NCBI GenBank assembly: GCA_951406725.2
Contig: OX597814.1
Coordinates: 73,656,001-73,720,000 of the forward strand
Reading direction: 5' to 3'
Source: Octopus vulgaris
Lineage: Eukaryota
DNA: 64,000 nucleotides
In this document: piece by piece, positions 13,580 through 27,049 of the stretch
Layout of the letters: each line of letters starts with the position of its first letter
Position numbering within the stretch: the stretch's first letter is position 1
Made by a program: the position numbers and the translations under genes
Notes under the pieces: generated by a model
Database searches by the model: none
Seen by the model: the letters and a program-made list of their open reading frames with translations, nothing else
What the model was told of the DNA's origin: nothing

Positions 13580-13820
13580 ATATATATATATATACATATA
13601 TAAATTATATATGTATGTATGCATGTATGTATGAATGTATGCATGAATGTATGTATGTATGCGCATATATATATATATGCACGTACATACATTCATACCC
13701 ACATACATACATACATACATACATACATACATACATACATACATACATACATACGTACGTACATACATACATACATACACACATACATACATACATACAT
13801 ACATACATACATACATACAG

Positions 13821-13913
<93 letters not shown>
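13580..13913. repeat. Compound (TATG)/(TACA)/(CA)/(TA) microsatellite
   Basis: Direct reading. Confidence 0.95.
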
Positions 13914-13914
<1 letters not shown>

Positions 13915-13916
<2 letters not shown>

Positions 13917-14210
13917 TTCTGCAGGGTGTCCAACAATCACCTACCTCACCAAGTAAGTCTAGATATAAGACCATATTTAGACTTAAAAGACATATGCTAG
14001 TTCACAAAAGCATTCCTTCAGTATCAGATTCCAAAGAGCAAAGATATAGAAGCTTGAATAATATGTCACTTGTGTTTTAAAACATTTCAGTCAGCAGCTG
14101 GTCTTGAAAGTCATCTAAGTGTTAATCAACGGAGTGATTGCGCTGTGTGATGGGGTGTAGTGTGTGTGTTGATGGCACGGCTATCATCTGTCAAAATGAA
14201 GTAATCATTA
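13915..14210 (+). mobile_element. Probable RTE-type LINE 3' remnant with C2H2-like motif
   Basis: Frameshifted CHLCFKTFQSAAGLESHL and ..LKRHMLVH, resembling RTE C-terminal zinc fingers. Confidence 0.4.
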
Positions 14211-14229
14211 TATATATATATATATATAT

Positions 14230-14740
14230 TACTTTATAAAAATAGGGTTCAGTAAAATAATTTACTTTACCACACACCGAACTTTTTAGAAACAGCAGCC
14301 AAAAACTTAGCTATTTCTTCTACTGTAAGAAAAATCTCCCAGACAATGCATACTCAGAAATAACTCACACAGGTATAAGGGAAAAATAACGAAAATTCAC
14401 ATCTATATAAGATCACATGAGAACAAGCCTGTTTCTGGATTAGTTGACTATAAAGATCAACACTTTATTATTGACAATATAATTCTCTCTCCCTGAAATT
14501 TTAACTGCAGTTTATCTCTATAGGAATGTACTACTCTGTAACTCACGTGGGTGGACGGGGACGAATGTGAGTTCTCATTTGTATTTTTGAATTCGTTGGT
14601 ACTGGCGGTCAGGCATGGTTTGTCTGGTGTTACTCATACCGGACGGGTATGTTTGATTTTTAGTACTTTCAAATCCAAATCAGAAGAAATCTTTGAGCTG
14701 ATGAAGGAAGTGTTACAAACGCATTTAATCTAGATATAAT
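14230..14740 (-). mobile_element. Degenerate PLE 3' fragment
   Basis: Minus-strand SSDLDLKVLKIKHTRP resembles a GIY-YIG C-terminus; ends at a (TA)n tract. Confidence 0.45.
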
Positions 14741-14769
14741 CATGGAAATATCAATAATTGTTTTGGCAT

Positions 14770-15039
14770 AAAGATATTTAAAGCTGATGTTAAAACGTTT
14801 TCATGATGTTTTATTGTAACATTTGAGTAATTTTTAATGAAATGAAACAATTTTTTTGGTTCATGATTTAGTCAACTTTAGCAAATACTGGAAATTCTGT
14901 GAATTTTTAATGTATGTTAAAATAATATATTACAAAATTAGTACCATATCATAAAAATGAACATTTCAGCATTAAGTTCCAATTATTATCAAATTTCAAA
15001 GAAAAAAATGGGACTGCCTAAGACTTTTGCACACCAGTG
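14770..15039. mobile_element. Tc1-like transposon end
   Basis: gggactgcctaagacttttgcacaccagtg+TA reads as a Tc1-type TIR (rc cactggtgtgcaaaagtcttaggcag); partner TIR not found. Confidence 0.55.
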
Positions 15040-15809
15040 TATATGAGGGACATAATGCACACACTCATTGTCGTATTAACAAAACTTTCAGATAAGAGGT
15101 TAGTAGGTTACAATTAGCTTAGTCGAGAGAATAACTAATGTTTAAAGATATCATCTATGACATTATCAAAGACGCTCAATTCTAAATGTCATATACCATA
15201 TAAATAAACTTAGCAGCCAACACGGAAGACTTTATGTGGTCACTCACCTGTAAATAACAGTAGACAAATCTACCTGAAAATCACTCTGATGTCTAAAAAT
15301 GGATGCACTTCGTGGTATTGTGGATTAACTGTGACCATAGGACAGCTTGATGCTTGATTAGAAATGATTTGAGAATCTCTGAATGGACATTCGATTTGCT
15401 AGAAAGTGTAGGAAAATCTCGCTCAGATTACATTTTCTCTTCTCAAAAAGACACATTGCATAATGCAGTCGTTGATATGCAATGCTCGAGAAAAAAAACG
15501 TGATTGTCATGACTGAAGCGTTATTTATCGTAGGTTTACCCAGCCACAGTTGAAGTGTAGCTATGTAGCCGCAACAACCATATCAGTAGAACTAGCCCTT
15601 TTATATGGTCAGAGTTGATTTCTAATGTGGAAGTGTTATAGAGCCCCTGTTTAGCATAAGGTATTAAGTAGATGAGAAATAAAACTCCCTTGTACAGGAG
15701 ACGCTAATATATCATTTTCAGAGTGTGACTATATAAAATGAAGCGCATATGATTAAGTGTACCTCTGAAATGCATAAACTACAATTTTCTGTATGATATA
15801 TACATTCAA

Positions 15810-16685
15810 AAGACCTGGTGTTTTGATCATGTATTTGTCTGTATGTTTTTAACCATACCTAATGCACCCATTATTAGAGGTATTGTTTCTGTTTTTAGGC
15901 TTCTCATTCGGGTTATCTCTATTTCCAGATCTTTGTAGTTCGAGAGTTACTCTGTTTCTTTTAGAGATACATTGTGATCTGTTGGGATTGATACATCTAT
16001 TAGAAGGCATTTTTTAATGGTCTCTAACAACTATATCCGCTCTATTAATCTCGATCTCTTTATCTGTGTGTATTGACATATCTCGGAGTATGGTTGCTTC
16101 GTCATTTTCTGCGATATTCCTATACCATCTTTTTCTCTTGTCAGTCCATAGTGCTAACATAGCTTCCAGTGTATATACGTCCCAACTCTGTCATGTCTGC
16201 GGATATATTCTTTCTTAATCAGGGAAGTCAGAGAGAATATCATTTATTGTTTCTTCTCCATCACCTCATATTCTGCAGTTATTTATTATATTTTTCTCAA
16301 TTATGTATTTTGGGAGAGACTTTGATCTTGTGCCACAATAAAAGATCCTCAATCTCTGCTTTGAATCTTGAACTTCTCAATCATTGTTGGAATTTCACTT
16401 TGTCTGTTTCTTTTCTGTTTAGCTTATCCCAGTATTTGCCATGCAAGGACTTTTCTTGCCATCGTTTTATCCTGGTATTTTCTTGTTTCAGTTAAGTTTG
16501 GATTTCAGTTGCTTTATAGCTTTCGTGTTTCATTATTTTCCTTCATAATTTTCAGGGACTATGACCTCTTTCTTCTATTTCTCGGCTTCCTTGATGACAA
16601 AAAACAGTTGTTGTTTTTTTGTTTTGTTCATGCTTTGTGGCTATTTGTACCAGTTTTCCTTGGTTCTGAGTTAGATAATTTTGTA

Positions 16686-16687
<2 letters not shown>
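15810..16687 (-). mobile_element. Degenerate R4/Dong-type LINE (second subfamily), CCHC and RLE region
   Basis: Minus strand CRI.GDGEETI, ENDEATILRDMSIHTDKEIEINRADIVVRD, YKDLEIEITRM..TIPLIMGALG. Confidence 0.8.
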
Positions 16688-16746
<59 letters not shown>

Positions 16747-16748
16747 CA
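16688..16748. repeat. (ATT)n microsatellite between two Dong-like elements
   Basis: Direct reading. Confidence 0.95.
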
Positions 16749-16751
16749 TTA

Positions 16752-17230
16752 TCGCCGGCAATGATGATAAGTGAATGCTGCCAACCGTCAACAAACTAAG
16801 AGGATACATGTTTACTGATCATGCTCCAAGGACCATGCGGAGAACTCTTGCAATTCGAAACAATGATTATTTTTGTAGGTGTTCTATATTCAGATTTGTA
16901 CCAATCTTTTTTTGAACCACGTTGGTAGTTGAGTACTAATAATACTTCCAAACTTGCCAATCACTATTAGTATCACGTTCACTTTCTTCATTGCCCACAG
17001 CCTGTGTATTTTCCGCTTCAGTTCATAATAGTTGTTCAGTTATATTTTTTATTTCTCTTCGATCCTGTGGTCACAAGGACATGCTAATGTTGATTATCAG
17101 GTATGTCTTTTGTTTTCTTTCACAACAATGTCAGATTTCCAATCTGATGGTCACACTGAATCATTGCCTCCCACAAGATTTTGCAGTCCTCATTCTGAGT
17201 AACTTCTTCTGGGATTTGGTCACCCCATTT
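16752..17230 (-). mobile_element. 3' end of a third R4/Dong-type LINE ending in (TAA)n
   Basis: Minus strand NEDCKILWEAMIQCDH, DIVV, YELKRKIHRLWAMKKVNVILIVIG, HLQK..RIARVLRMVLGA-stop, then short UTR into (AAT)n. Confidence 0.75.
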
Positions 17231-19109
17231 ACCTTGGCCAAAGGATGTTCAAAAATAAGAATATTAAATAGTGGACCAGAAAACAACATCTGCTTGTTGT
17301 TACCAGCAGTTCTCTTAGACAGAGAAGACAAAATTACTATTCTCTATATAGAAAAAAAAATATACCGAAGCAAAACTGGTTAGGACAGGGTATGCAGTTA
17401 TTAATACAGGCGGATTAACAGAACGTAGAGGATATCCCGGACTTCATAAGCCTTTCATATGGTACAAAGATTCAAGTAGCTGTTGAATGCAGAAGGCCGA
17501 GATGTCACTGTGCAGGGACATAAATCACCTCAATGAAGCAATTATTATTATGGAAGTAAACATTATAAGAAACAATTATTATGGAAGTAAACATGAGGAA
17601 ACCAATGTCCGAGAAAATTGGATTTTGCTTCCTGCAAAAATAATCTCGGAATAACACATGTATTTGTATCTTAATATCTGGAATAGACAGTTTTATTTTT
17701 GAAAAAAAAAAAAGATCTGTAGTTCACATTTTTTAAATCTTAATTTCAACCCCAGGAACAATAATAATTATAAAGTAGTACTGGGTACACCATGCCCAAG
17801 GAAACGTACCAATAATGCTCCTCGAATACACGAAAATAGTTTTGTTTAAAAAAAAATTAAATAGGTTGTCACAATCTGCTATGATACTTGAAAGCACAAA
17901 TTTTCACGTCACGACATACTAGAAATAACAACAAACTTCTACGATATTAAGATAGACAATAATAACAAATCTTTTTGCTAGCATTAGAAGTGGAAGTAAT
18001 AGTCTGAACATGAGTTAAGTTCAGTAATGAGAAAATGATTAGCCTTTTTGCATGAATAATTTGTCCAAAAGGGAAGAGGGAAGAAGATTTTGTTACACCT
18101 TCAAAAGAACGGTTAAAAGAACCCCTATACTATGCATTATCCATTGACGGGAATAGGGCATGCGACATAATGTGCCTGATCTTCAAAACTGAAAAGAAGG
18201 CCAATTTAGTTCCTAATATTCCTCCAAATCATTTGAACTAAATACATGAGGACGGCATAACACAATGGTTACAAGCAAGGGACTTTGGTATAAATACCTT
18301 GGGCTTTGATACGTAGCCCTTTTTGTACACAATAGGGGCAGTGGGGAAATTACCTGAAATGACATGTGGTGGAACGGGATATGCATGCACTTGCAAGTAG
18401 TGATAAATTTCGAAAACCTCAGAAAAATTCTCAAAGTATTACTCCATTGAAAGCACAGAGAGAAAGGTGATAAGATTTGTAATGCGAGCAGAAACTCTTG
18501 TTGTTATTACATGCATGACAGCAAGAGCTACTGAGGAATTTTTTCTCAGAGACGCTGAAAAGGCTAAGAAATAGATAAAGAAGACAACAGCAAAGAGAGC
18601 AGCAAACAATGGTTCATATAAATTGCTATTTATTGAGCACTACAGATCGCAGTATTGATTGCAGCTGTAAGGAGAGAGTGTGTAAGTGGAAAATCATTGT
18701 TACTGAAATTCAGGTGAAACCTATGGTTATTGGGAAGTTTCCTCTGAGCAGAGTTCAGAGCACAACCTCGATAGCAGAGAAGGGTTTCGAGACAGACATC
18801 AACAGAAAATTCACAACAAAACACTAACCGAATACTCCAAACAAGATTTTTAAAAAATTGTAACCACTGGTTCATTCTACTGGAGTATGTATTAGAATAA
18901 AATTTGCTTGTCTATTCTAATAGTTCTAAACTTAATGTTAAAACGGAAAAACAATTGAGTATCAACACCAGAATCATTTAGTAATGTTGCTTGTACTTTA
19001 TCACACTCAGAAAGGCAACAATATAGTTTGTATACAGTGTTTTCTGCAGGATGTAAACAATTAGATATCAGTTTTTAATGTTATTGTTTTTAATTTCTAA
19101 CTATATATA

Positions 19110-19777
19110 CGCGCAGGTACGGGTGTGATGTAAGAAGCTTGCCTTCCGGGTTCAATGTCTCCAACTATAGCCTCGGGCCGACCAAAGCCTTGTAAATGGA
19201 TTTGGTCGACAGAAATTGAAGGAAGTCCGTCGTATACATATACATAGATAAAACTTACTTGGAAAACTATGCGTGGCGTTCGATCATATAATAATATAAA
19301 TAATATATAAATACATGCATATGTACTTCACGTTTTGAAGGTAAGGACAAGATGCGTCTTCGTTAAAACAGTCCTTCCCGCAAAGCAAATTAAATATAAT
19401 TTGGGATTTATTGCGGAGGATGAAAGTGGTAACAAAAACAGGACGGTGAGAACAAAATAGTAAAAACAAACGGTGAGCAGATAAAACAGGGGACGACTGA
19501 TGGAGGGAATGTTCTTTATGTTGCATATCTCGTTTCTCTGGGTTTTTTCATTGTTCGAAAAATGTTCGTTTTCTATGCTTTTGTTTTTTGTTCTCGTTTC
19601 TCATTTTGTCTACGTTTTTTGATGTCCTATACACATATGCATGTATATATACATATATGTAGGTATGTACATATATGTATGTATGTATGTATATATGTGT
19701 GTGTGTGTGCGTATGCGTGCATGTGTGCGTGTGTATGCGTGTGTGTGTCTGCGTATGCGTGCGCGTGCGCGAGTGTA

Positions 19778-19845
<68 letters not shown>

Positions 19846-20040
19846 TGTGTGTCTTTGTGTCTGTGTTTGTACACCCACCACCGTTTGACAGCCGATGGTG
19901 ATGTTTACGTCCCCGTAGCGTAGTGACTCGGAAAAAGACAGATAAAATAAGTACCCGGCTAAAAATTCGGCTAAAAAATTCTCGAAGGTGGTGCCCCAGC
20001 GTGGCTGCAGTCTAATGACTGAAACAAGTAAAAGAAAAGA
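19110..20040 (+). mobile_element. Microsatellite-containing SINE split by inserted sequence
   Basis: Head gcgcagg..tgtaagaagcttgc..ctatagcctcgggccgaccaaagccttg (19110-19240); tail gtccccgt..aaggtggtgccccagc..tgactgaaacaagtaaaaga (19845-20040); same family as 53877-54265. Confidence 0.75.
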
Positions 20041-21228
20041 TATAATCTTTTAGCGCTATGGAACGCCTTGCTGTGCGTTTGATGTTGAAAGTGAATTATT
20101 AGAAATATCGTTGGGACAATGTTGATTAGTTTGAGCAAAGTTGGCTGAAAACCAAAGAATTTGAAATTCAATATCCATCTTTGAAATCACTATTTTCATC
20201 GAAGAGATCTTTAACAGCCCTGAATTCAGACATTATCCCCTAAGCAGAAAAATAAGTAAAGAAAAAAAAATTGTTGTTACTGATATTGATACTACTAGTA
20301 GTGGTACTACTACTTCTGTTTTCTAGAACTATCTACAACTATTTCCACCACAGTAGCCGTCAACAACAATACTACTACAATCACTACTACTCTCGTTACA
20401 AGGAATATCACTGTTGCTGATAATGATTGCTGCATAAACGAAACTGGTAATGATGATGATGATGATGATGATGAGGAGGAGGAGGAGGAGGAGGAGGAGG
20501 AGGTATATGAAAGCCTGGTGAGATATTAGATGTTTATGCATGAGAATGCGTACAAATATTCTGTCATGTTAGTTGTGGCACAGTCCTATGCTAAGGTTAA
20601 CAGCAAATATGTTAGAATTAAGTTTTTGCGTACCCTGTAGGTGTAACCATTTCTCGCTTCAAATTATGCAGCCACCCAACAAGCAGAGCAACTGCATATC
20701 TCTCGCACCTTTTTTAAGGTTACATAACTGATATTTTCTACTCGAGGTGGGGTTAGTAGTTAACTGGAATTTTTATTAATCAATGTTCCAGGGGAGAAAA
20801 GTTCCTCACCTGTGACAAACGACCTTACTATAACAATTGATTGGATATTACATTAGCCAATCACCATCATTTTTAAACACCCATCCAGAAGAAAAACAAG
20901 AAAACAATGAACAATGATTGCTAAGCATTTGATGTGGGTGTATCATTTTACTGTGTGCAATTTACTAACGTACAAGTTACCCTGAAACCAAGGCTATATA
21001 CTTTAATTACTCATGTAGACTTAATTCTCAAGTTATATGGCTTCGTGTCAATAATTTCGCATACCTACTCCTACATCTCTGTTTCATCTTGTTATTTAGA
21101 TAAGAATGTTTAAGTACATGTTGTAAGCGTTTGTTTTACTAATGTATTTTCATTCTCTTATTTACCTTTAAATAGGACAGTGAATTCAGTGTAAACGTCG
21201 AAGAGTTCCTCTAAATTTTATTGGTTGT

Positions 21229-21445
21229 AAGGCAGAGAACTGGCAGAATCGTTAGCACGCCGGGAAAAATTCTTAACGGCATTTCGTCCGTCTTTACGTT
21301 CTGAGTTCAAATTCCGCCGCGTCAACTTTGCTTTTCATCCTTCGAGGTCAATAAAGTAGCAGTTAAATACTGAAATCGATGTAATCGAATTATCTCCTTT
21401 CCCGAAATTATTGACCTTGTGCCAAAAGTTGAAACTAATATTTTA
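21229..21445 (+). mobile_element. tRNA-derived SINE
   Basis: A-box-like tggcagaatcgttag, B box gagttcaaattcc, central gtcaactttgcttttcatccttcgaggtc; reverse copy at 52003-52213. Confidence 0.8.
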
Positions 21446-23629
21446 TTTGTTGTTAGGGTGACGGGCTGGCAGAATTTGTTGTCTCGAGCCAACGGAGGAA
21501 TACATATGCGGCCGTTCGACCTGTTAGAAATATTAAAAAAGAAAAAGAAAGTCGTTGATCATAAATATTTTCTATGAGTGTTGATTTGGTGCGAAACAAC
21601 CACAATTATTTTTTTCTCTTTGTCCTCAGTCCTCTATTGAAATATAAATTTGTTATTTAATCCGGACAAATCATTAAACTATCCATCTTGCCTTACAAAA
21701 TATTGTCTTATGTTAAAGTTTGATGTATTTGCAATATTCCTTGTGTCCAGATTTTATAAAACGAATAAAACAAACTAGGTAAAAATTATAATAGCCTCAA
21801 GCAATAAAGAACTAAAAGTTCAATACTTTTAGCTTGTGAGATTTTCCGCGGAATTTGTCTCACTCAGGCACCATATATCAGTGTTAAATAATGGTTTCTG
21901 ATTAAGACAGTTGCGAGGAGAGTGGATTAGTCTACGCAGTAGATCACCAATGCTTAAATGGTACTTATTTTATCGACCCCAAAAGGTTTCTTTTTATATA
22001 AGATAAATTCTTTAATCACCCTTTGTATATTTGAAAAATCTGACACATATTTTATCCAGTTTGTTTTAGATGAATACTTCTCTACGCAAAAATAGCAGGC
22101 TACTTATAAAACTGTGTTAATTTCCAGATAACTAAGTCAGTAATAGAACGGCTGTAAAGTGTAATACTCTTTGTAAATCTGCTCTTACAAACAACATCTG
22201 ACACGACTGATGTAAAATAACGGCAATAAAGATAAGATTATACAAAGCTGTTATTGTTGAAAGCTGCAAAGCATATGTTTATTTTTGGCAATATACAGAC
22301 ATAAGCAATATATACATACATACATGCATACATATGCATACATATATGCATATACAAACACACACAGACACGCGCGAACACAAACACACACACATACATA
22401 CATATATACATTTTAAATGTAGTCGTTGGTTATGGCCGGTCAGAATGTTACCATTAATTTCGTGCCTGTTATGCCCTTAACAATATCGGCGAGTCAGCGA
22501 ACCTGCTGGCCAGAGGCACATCACCCCTTTATTAATGGAGGTAAGAATACAGCCCTTGTCAGCCAGGGTTGTGAAAAAAAAAACCTGAAACGAAATTCTT
22601 CGAAGTGCAACCTCCTCTGAGACTTCCTCTTCTTTAAATGCCATATGTAATTGGTCAAAGACGTAACGTTGCGACTCTCAGGAAGCCTAAAGGAGAAACT
22701 TTGGTTATTTTGTCATCGCTTAAAGGGGTCCTCCGTTACTCCAATTTATTTCCGTGTTCATGTCCTTACGTTATTGGTGTGGCTGCTGCTGTTGTGCATT
22801 TCTATCCCTATAGAGTTCCTCTCGAACCGGCAATGCTCCCCAGAAGCAATGCCAGATCAGAAGTTCCTAGAAATTTCCTGGGTGTTCTTAACACTCGAGC
22901 CACTTGATTTTGTCGATGCCCAGAATCTCCCGAGAACGATATCTCTCTTGTCTGCCACTAATCCTCTATAGAGTGCTAAAGTGAAACTTCCACCAACAGC
23001 ATTGCTCGACTGGCAGAGGGTTGAGAACGCCCAATGACATCTTGATGCTAAGTACTCTGCCTCAATCTACGCTTGATCCAGAACTACAGCTCTGTCAAAG
23101 AGACAATCTGTGGAAAAACGAATGGCAAATGTCGACCACCATCAAAAAAACACTGAGAATGTCACGGCCCAAACGCATATCTGCACATCATCAACTACAG
23201 CATGCTCAGTCCACCTAGCGGTTGTTGACAAATAATGGAACACCTAACCAAAGGAAAGCTTCTACAGAAAGTTGAAGAGCAGGCGCTCGAGTCCGCTGAG
23301 CCGTGCACTAGGGCAAAGTACGACGGTCAGGTAGTTGTATATGACGGGTGCAATGTAAGCGTTCGCCACAACTACTCATTTCTGGTTAAGATTGGCCTTT
23401 CTGCATGCCACCTCATTGCACTTTTTTTTCACTTGGAGTTCTGAACCAAACCAAATCCCGAGCTATTTAACTCTTCCGTTCGCCAGTGCACCATAAACGC
23501 TCTTATTGGCAGTGCTACTGAACCCGGAACCATGAGGTTGAGAAGCAAGCTCCTTTCCACTCAGCCACGCAAACATACGTGGACACATATGTATACACAT
23601 GCATAAATACATACATACATACCATACAT

Positions 23630-25520
23630 ACACCAAAATTACACACTGTTTCTTTGTGGATGACTTAAAACTTTATGCAAAGAATATGCATGAGATGACA
23701 AAGAGCCTTGATCTAGTTACAACATTCTCAAAGGATGTAGGATTGGTTTTTGGTCAGGATAAATGTTGTTATATGCCTGTGAAAAGGGGGAAAACTATAA
23801 ACCAGACTAGTAATATCTCCCTTAATGATTTGATTGTTTCCCCTATATCTGACGAGAAATGTTACAGGTATCTAGGGGTGGGTCAAAATGTATCTTACAG
23901 TGGCACCTGTAACAAAACACGTGTCACTAAAGAATATTACAGCCGAATAAAGAAAATTTGGACCTCAGAATCTCAATAAAACAGTAGCCCACAATGTATT
24001 TGCAGTGCTCGTACTCATACCGACATTTGGGTTGCTTGATTGGACGCTTGATGAGATCCGGGCCATTGATGTGAAAACACGAAGAATACTAACAAGCACA
24101 CATAATTTCCACATAAACAGTGATGTAGACCGCCTCTACCTAAAACGAAAACAAGGCGAAAGTGGCTCAACATCGATCCAAAATGCCTTTGAATGTCGCA
24201 TCATATCCCTTTGGCAACATCTTCTAACCACCAAGTGTCGAAGTGCATCCCTTGACCAAGTTTGCATACATGAGGCTGATAACATCATAAAACTTGGAAG
24301 GCAACACTCTTGAGCAACACTCTTCGATAACCTAGAATACATGGCCAAAGAAGTCGCACATCTCTACTGCAACGTATTATCAGATGAAAGGATGAGCCTA
24401 TATGAGCATAACACTATGCATGGATTTGTTACTAGAAAGCTCCATGATGATAGTAACACCGATCATCAAAGCAGTTTATCATAGCCGGATTTCTTCCTCC
24501 CACTTTGAAGGGTATACGTTTGCAATCAAGGAACAGGAAATGCCAACCAAGTACCTGATGCACAAAGGGAATAGGGATGCAGGTAAAGTCGTACAGTGTG
24601 ACAACCGATGCAGATTTTGTGGAGTTCACACTGAAGATATCACCCACATCATAAGCGGTTGTCCGAAAACGTCATCACGGTATTATTTACCAATGAGACA
24701 TGAGGTTGTAGCTAGGACGCTCTATAATGAGATCCGTCGGAAGGATAATCACGAGGACGAAGAAAGAAGAACCCACAATATGGTAGAAGCCATAGCTACT
24801 CATAATAAAAAGGAATACTAGTGGAATGTACCAGTGAAGGCCTCAATAAAATGTAAGCATAACAGACCTGATATAATGATTTGAGATAGAGAAGATAAAC
24901 TGTGCACAGTTGTGGAAATTAGCTGCCCAGTGGATGTTAACATAAAGCTGAAGATCAGTGAAAAAGAGAACACCTAGGCTGAACTATTGAGAAATTTGCA
25001 GTTATTCTATCCGGATAACAAGGTCAGGTTCATACTTATATTTACTGGGGCCCTGGGATATATAACACACTACCTAAATACAAATCTTGAGAAATTGGGC
25101 TTCTCGGGATCAGAAAGGAGAAAGCTAATTCGAAGACTACAGATCCAATCCATCACTGGAACTATAAAAATCTGTAAAACTTTCCAGAAGTTTAACATTT
25201 AAATATATATGAGCATCTCTAGATATGCAACTATATGTATGAGAATACATACATAAAACATACAAATCTGCACATGTATACATACATACATACATACATA
25301 CAAACATACATACATACATACATACATACATTCATACATACATACATTCATACATACATACATACATACATACATACATACATACATACATACATACAAA
25401 CAACCAAACAAGAATACCCTGTTGTTGATGTCGAAATTCCAATGAAGGAGCCTTGAATCTAGATTAAAAACCGGTTCTTCCTCTATTGGCAAAAAATCTT
25501 GAAATAAACTGAATAATAAC
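23630..25520 (+). mobile_element. 5'-truncated R4/Dong-type LINE (RT C-half, CCHC, RLE, 3' UTR) within (TACA)n
   Basis: FFVDDLKLY, YRYLG, SDVDRLYLKRKQG, CRFCGVHTEDITHIISGC, RH, KHNRPD, VEISCP, GALG; several stops and frameshifts; (TACA)n on both sides. Confidence 0.9.
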
Positions 25521-25724
25521 ATGCATACATGCATACATACATACATGCATACATGTGTGCAATTATATGTGTATATCTGCTCGTATATTATTCACACGCT
25601 AGCATATATTTTCACGCTTACTGATATTTACACATGGGTAAATTCTTATTTCGAGTAAATTAAATATATCGCACTAAACATTTCAATTCTTTTTAAAAAA
25701 TAATCTTTGTCATGGTCACACAAA

Positions 25725-26537
25725 TCTTTATATATAAAACTGTAGTTGTGTGAGTGTCTGTCCCCTTCGATTTAGATTTCTAACTACTCCCACATTTTGC
25801 GGTGCAGTTTAACCAAATTCTGGTATCTTATAGTCGTGATTCATATCGAGCCCGTCTGGGTATTAGCGCGCGTCTACGATGGGTCTACGATTTTAAAAAT
25901 AATTTAACATAATTTTTTATTCCATTTTAATGCATATTTTTTCGTGTGTCGATGGCGGCGGAGTTGGCGTCCACGCTCACAGCTGCACCTATGTTGCTTC
26001 TCCCCCTTCTTCCCTCCCTCGTGAAGCTGTGGGGAAGGGAGTGTAAGGAAATCAACGTCGTAAAGCGTTGTCAAGGAGACCAGCGTTCTTTTAGAACAAC
26101 GACTTCATGGCTTGAAGTCGCCAAAACAGAAATCGCTAAAAAAGCTGAAACAGATCCACAAAAATGGCAAAAACCGCCACACAGGGCAGGTTTCCTGTGC
26201 AAACAATTTGCACAACCGAATGTTTTAGTTGTTGCACAAATCTTTATATATAAAAGTGAAGTTGTGTGTCTGTCTCCTACGATTTAGATTCCTAACTACT
26301 TCCACATTTTGCGGTGCAGTTTAACCAAAACCGGGTATCTTATAGTCGTGATTCATATCGAGCCCTTCTGGGTATTAGCGCGCGTCTACGATGAGTCTAC
26401 GATTTTAAAAAAAATTTACCATCATTTTTTATTCCATCTTTAATGCATTTTTTGCTATTTTTTTGCTATAACTCACTAAAAATGCTTATATAGTTATTTC
26501 CCTTACAAACCCGAGCAACGCCGGGCGATACTGCTAG
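25725..26537 (+). mobile_element. Composite non-autonomous Helitron-type element
   Basis: 5' A|TCTTTATATATAAAA at 25725 and again at 26241; 3' hairpin cccgagcaacgccggg then CTAG|T; same family as 59021-59416. Confidence 0.8.
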
Positions 26538-26719
26538 TAGGAGATAACGTTATTTTGCAAATCGTATCAAATATTTCGTTCTCTATGCATTTCTCTATCT
26601 TCTACTTTTATTTTTCCTCTTACACTTCCTCTCTTTCTTTCTCTTTCTGTACTAAATTTTCTATATGTTTGTATGTTTAAACACATACACTACACCGCAC
26701 ACAACACACCTACGCACAC

Positions 26720-26752
<33 letters not shown>

Positions 26753-27049
26753 ATTATGTGTGTATGAGTGTGTGCGTGTAAGTGTGTGCATGTGTGTGTG
26801 TCTGTGTATGTGTTTACACATACATGCACACTGAAAAAGAGAAAAAGAGAGAAAGCCTACACATCTACTACTCGGATACGAGTTGCCGCCGCCACCACTG
26901 CCGCCGTCGACACACACACACACACACATACACACACACACACACACACAAACATACACATACACACACACACACAGATATGTATGATATCTAATTTTGA
27001 GAAACATTGGTGCATGCGTGTCGTATGCTTGTGTTTCTGAAAGTTCGGT

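Noticed and set aside
25439-25489. R4 3' UTR resembling a hammerhead (ccaatga..aaaccgg)
   Set aside because: Two core mismatches and no stem I; better explained as a simple 3' hairpin.
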